From assembly GCA_963737905.1 (NCBI GenBank), contig CAVTUQ010000002.1, forward strand, positions 64,001-128,000: 64,000 nt of DNA, in the 5' to 3' direction. Position 1 is the first letter of the stretch, and each line of letters starts with the position of its first letter. The notes beneath the pieces were generated by a model. The model ran no database searches. It saw nothing but the letters and a program-made list of their open reading frames with translations, and was not told the origin of the DNA. The position numbers and the translations under genes were made by a program. Shown here in pieces: positions 60,876-64,000 of this stretch. The DNA is from an uncultured delta proteobacterium (GTDB lineage Bacteria; Desulfobacterota; Binatia; UBA9968).

Positions 60876-60989
60876 AATTCTGCCTCCTTTCTTCAGTTAC
60901 ATCCTGACGACAATCCGAAATAGGCTGGAGAACCCCAACTGAAGCTACTCTACTTAAGGTTGAGCTGTCTCGTCAAGGCATCAAAAGAT

Positions 60990-61144
60990 GATGCTTCTGA
61001 AAAACCCTAGGAATGCTTCGACTAGGCTCAGCATGAACGGAAAATCACCAACGATTCTAACCGCCGATCCGTTCGTCACTTCGATGAACTCAGTGCAGGC
61101 TCTGAGGATCTCGAAGGATGAACGGAGAGTTTTTCAACAGAATC
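60990..61144. mobile_element. 155-bp MITE-like element enclosing a CTTCGAC..GCTCAG / TGAACGG-CCGTTC REP
   Basis: Left end gatgcttctgaaaaa versus reverse complement of the right end gattctgttgaaaaa (12/15 match); internal cttcgactaggctcag-catgaacgg ... ccgttcg ... ctgag..tcgaag. Confidence 0.55.
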
Positions 61145-61237
61145 AAAAAGTCTTGTCCTCTGGAAGGATCTCAAACCCGACCCGACGAGACATGCACCAT
61201 GGAACCTTTTCCGGGCTCGATCGTCTAATCCGCCCAG

Positions 61238-62137
61238 ATGAAGACAAAACCAAACCCGAACTGGTCTTCGACCCTTGTCCGAAGCGACCCACGCTACTAC
61301 CAGATTGCGGCACTATCTTCCCTGCTGATCTACGGCGTCGGCTGGCTCGGGTTCGATGTTGAATGGCCGCAGGTCGTCATCTCGCTAGGAACGGTCCTGT
61401 TAACTCAATACGCCTGCACCGGGATATTTCGCCTGCCTTCTTTCGATCCCCGCAGCCCGCTAATTTCGGGCCTTTCGCTTTGTCTATTGCTTCGCACCAA
61501 CAGTCTGCTGCTAGCGTTCCTGACGGCCGTAGTCACGATCCTTAGCAAATTTGTTCTGAAGCACCGCCGAAAGCATATTTTCAATCCAACCAACTTTGGA
61601 ATCGTTGCCATGATGCTTCTAACCAGCCAGGTCTGGGTTTCGCCGGCACAATGGGGAAGCAAGCTATACTTCGCGTTTTTCATCGCCTGCGCGGGCGGGA
61701 TGGTCATCTACCGTGCGGCGCGAAGCGATGTGACCTACGCTTTCCTGCTAGCCTACGTCGGTATCTTGTTTGGCCGCGCGTTCTGGCTCGGCGATCCGTG
61801 GGCAATACCTCTCAAACAGTTGCAGAGCGGCTCTCTTTTGCTTTTCGCCTTCTACATGATCTCCGACCCCAAAACCACGCCCGATTCACGGATAGGGAGA
61901 ATTCTGTTCGCGATAATCGTCGCGGCCGGCGCCGCCTATGTCCAATTCGGGCTGTACCGCACCAATGGGCTCCTTTGGTCCTTGGCCGGCTGTGCAATCC
62001 TCGCTCCGATCATCGACCGTCTGCTGCCTGGAAGTAAGTACGAATGGACCATTCACTCTTCAGCCAAACAGTTGAAAGGAGAAATCCGTGAAACAAACCA
62101 TCTTATTCCTGGCCACACTGCTTATCCTTTGCGCTAG
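61238..62137 (+). CDS. Stand-alone NqrB/RnfD-like membrane protein
   Basis: DPRYYQI, SPLISGLSLCLLLR, HIFNPTNFG and FYMISDPKTTP motifs; no other rnf/nqr genes adjacent. Confidence 0.82.
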   Translation: MKTKPNPNWSSTLVRSDPRYYQIAALSSLLIYGVGWLGFDVEWPQVVISLGTVLLTQYACTGIFRLPSFDPRSPLISGLSLCLLLRTNSLLLAFLTAVVTILSKFVLKHRRKHIFNPTNFGIVAMMLLTSQVWVSPAQWGSKLYFAFFIACAGGMVIYRAARSDVTYAFLLAYVGILFGRAFWLGDPWAIPLKQLQSGSLLLFAFYMISDPKTTPDSRIGRILFAIIVAAGAAYVQFGLYRTNGLLWSLAGCAILAPIIDRLLPGSKYEWTIHSSAKQLKGEIRETNHLIPGHTAYPLR

Positions 62138-63443
62138 GCCGGAACTGGCCCGGAGCTTTTGCGGCTTCTACGTCGCTAAGGCCGACACGAAGATCTTTAA
62201 CAAAGCTTCGCAAGTCGTCCTCGCCCGCCAGGACGACAAGACGGTGATCACCATGGTGAACGACTTTAAAGGTGATCCGAAAGAATTTGCCGTGGTTATA
62301 CCCGTTCCGACATTGATCGAAAAAGGTCAGATCCATATCGGCGATAAGAAAATCATCGACCATCTCGACGCCTACACGTCCCCACGGCTCGTCGAGTACT
62401 ACGACGGAAATCCTTGCCGGCTTCAAGCTTTCCGCGAGCGCGCGATGGATCGAACACTTGCGGCACCTTCCTCCCTCAGCTCCTTACGGGCTACGGCCAA
62501 TGCTCTCGGCGTCACGATTCAAGCCCAATACACGGTGGGCGAATACGACATCGTGATTCTATCGGCTAAAGAAGGCCAAGGGTTGGAGGCTTGGCTCAAG
62601 CAAAATGGCTATCGGCTCCCGAAGGGCGCCTCAGAGGTGCTTGGCAGCTATATCAACCAAAAGATGCACTTCTTCGTCGCCCGAGTGAACCTCCGGGAGC
62701 AGTCCAAACTGGGCTACACCTACCTGCGACCCATTCAGGTAGCGTATGAATCGCCCAAGTTTATGCTGCCCCTCAGGCTCGGCACCTTGAACGCCGACGG
62801 CTATCAGGAACTTTTCGTCTACACATTGACCAAAAATGGCCGCGTCGAACCGACAAACTACGGCACCTTGAGATTGCCCACCGGCATGGATCTTCCCTTA
62901 TATGTCAAAGGCCGCTTCCAAGATTTCTATCGCGCGATGTTCGACCGCGCGGTCACAAGGGCGGACATGCGCGCCGTCTTTGTTGAATACGCGTGGGATA
63001 TGAACTGGTGCGATCCCTGCGTCGCTGATCCCCTATCATTTGAAGAGCTAAGAAACCTCGGCGTCTCTTGGACAAGTGAACCCACGCCGGCGGCGATGCC
63101 TCGGCCGGTTATTCCCGGTGCGCGGGATGTTTTCGTCACCCGCATGCATATTCGTTACGATGCCGAGCATTTCCCTGAAGACCTTGTGCTGCAAGAAACC
63201 GCCGATCGCGACAATTTCCAGGGCCGCTACGTGCTGCGCCATCCCTGGACCGGCAACGAAGATTGCCCGGCCACCGAAGAGTATCGGCGCCAATTGGTAC
63301 GACGCAACGAACAGGAAGCACAACAGCTCGCCGACCTCACCGGTTGGGACCTCGCCGACATCCGCACGCAAATGAACCTCCGCAGCACGATGCCCAATGG
63401 GTCCGGCAGCAAGACATGGTGGGAGAAAATCTGGGACAGGTAA
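62088..63443 (+). CDS. DUF2330 domain secreted protein
   Basis: GAAAGGAG RBS before GTG; signal peptide; FCGFYVAKAD, PRLVEYYDGNPC, WLKQNGY, EYAWDMNWCDPC. Confidence 0.87.
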   Translation: MKQTILFLATLLILCARPELARSFCGFYVAKADTKIFNKASQVVLARQDDKTVITMVNDFKGDPKEFAVVIPVPTLIEKGQIHIGDKKIIDHLDAYTSPRLVEYYDGNPCRLQAFRERAMDRTLAAPSSLSSLRATANALGVTIQAQYTVGEYDIVILSAKEGQGLEAWLKQNGYRLPKGASEVLGSYINQKMHFFVARVNLREQSKLGYTYLRPIQVAYESPKFMLPLRLGTLNADGYQELFVYTLTKNGRVEPTNYGTLRLPTGMDLPLYVKGRFQDFYRAMFDRAVTRADMRAVFVEYAWDMNWCDPCVADPLSFEELRNLGVSWTSEPTPAAMPRPVIPGARDVFVTRMHIRYDAEHFPEDLVLQETADRDNFQGRYVLRHPWTGNEDCPATEEYRRQLVRRNEQEAQQLADLTGWDLADIRTQMNLRSTMPNGSGSKTWWEKIWDR

Positions 63444-63552
63444 ATGCGAAATCCAAGCCCGTCGCGCTATTTCGTTAACACCACAATGACCGGGCCCGTG
63501 CCGCAAACTCGGGCTCGCTAGCCTTGTTAAACACTCGTGGCTGACGAAAGAT

Positions 63553-64000
63553 TCACGACCAGCGGTTGAGAATCAACCCGCGAATGAAACGTTGTAGCCG
63601 CTCCCTCTCACCGTTTTCAAACTGCAGGAATTCCACACCCACGCGACCCGCCCGTAGGGTGCGAATGATGACTGCTTCCACTCTGACGGGAGAGGTCTCC
63701 TCCGGCACATCCAGTCTCATCTGCAAAAGGTTTCCCTCCACGAGTTCGGTTTCGGTGTGAAACGTGCACCCCGCCATGGAAATATCCACGGCCAATCCGC
63801 GGCCCTGGAGCCCACGGGCGTCGAACGTAATCGGAAAACTCGCCGGTATACGTTCGTACTGGCGCCGGTCTTCCTCGATCCTTTTGTATTTGACACCCCA
63901 TTGAAGGAGTTGAAAACGGTGGCCGCACAGTTGGCACCTGAAGGGATATACGTAAAAGAGGCTTAATAAGCGCTCCCCGAGACCGACTCGGCTGACCCGC
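63553..64000 (-). CDS. Zinc-ribbon + PilZ domain protein (5' end outside the window)
   Basis: Open frame from the window edge: ...ERLLSLFYVYPFRCQLCGHRF...DRRQYER...DISMAG...VGVEF; RxxxR and DxSxxG c-di-GMP motifs. Confidence 0.85.
   Translation of the reverse strand, partial: RVSRVGLGERLLSLFYVYPFRCQLCGHRFQLLQWGVKYKRIEEDRRQYERIPASFPITFDARGLQGRGLAVDISMAGCTFHTETELVEGNLLQMRLDVPEETSPVRVEAVIIRTLRAGRVGVEFLQFENGERERLQRFIRGLILNRWS

Noticed and set aside
60988-61362. 124-aa plus-strand ORF upstream of the NqrB-like gene
   Set aside because: It is mostly translation of the MITE/REP element and overlaps the real gene out of frame.

Overview
A ~55% GC bacterial window. The protein repertoire (several NMT1/TauA-type binding proteins, a LigJ-like amidohydrolase, a PuuE-like deacetylase, tandem-GAF kinases) is suggestive of Ca. 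Binatia/Binatota; this is inference only. Contents in order: an acetate-uptake island (acs, CCR4-like EEP phosphoesterase, DUF1646, CBS-DUF294 nucleotidyltransferase, ActP-like symporter, DUF4212); a protealysin-emfourin pair with a sigma54-type promoter; an atypical FNR; a b6f-type Rieske/cytochrome b operon with an octaheme cytochrome c, a cupredoxin-like protein and two small membrane subunits; ispF; transporters; an oxidative-stress cluster (rubrerythrin, Fe-S oxidoreductase, DUF3501, PerR-like, tpx); two toxin-antitoxin pairs; an NqrB/RnfD-like + DUF2330 pair; and a truncated PilZ gene. The most striking region is 37.1-57.5 kb, which holds two parallel operons. Each is a giant cytoplasmic histidine kinase built from ~0.5 kb GAF modules (9 and 14 by my count), a single-domain receiver, and a receiver-class III nucleotidyl cyclase with non-canonical base-specificity residues. 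The GAF modules behave like exchangeable cassettes: one is ~99% identical between the two kinases at different positions, and one module type occurs four times with multi-allelic first/second codon positions. Many genes carry 1-bp indels that are probably sequencing or consensus errors. Intergenic DNA is rich in REP/MITE-like elements and period-7/8/9 palindromic repeats. I saw no rRNA, tRNA, CRISPR array, transposase, integrase or reverse transcriptase. Family names come from motif recognition by eye, not from database searches.
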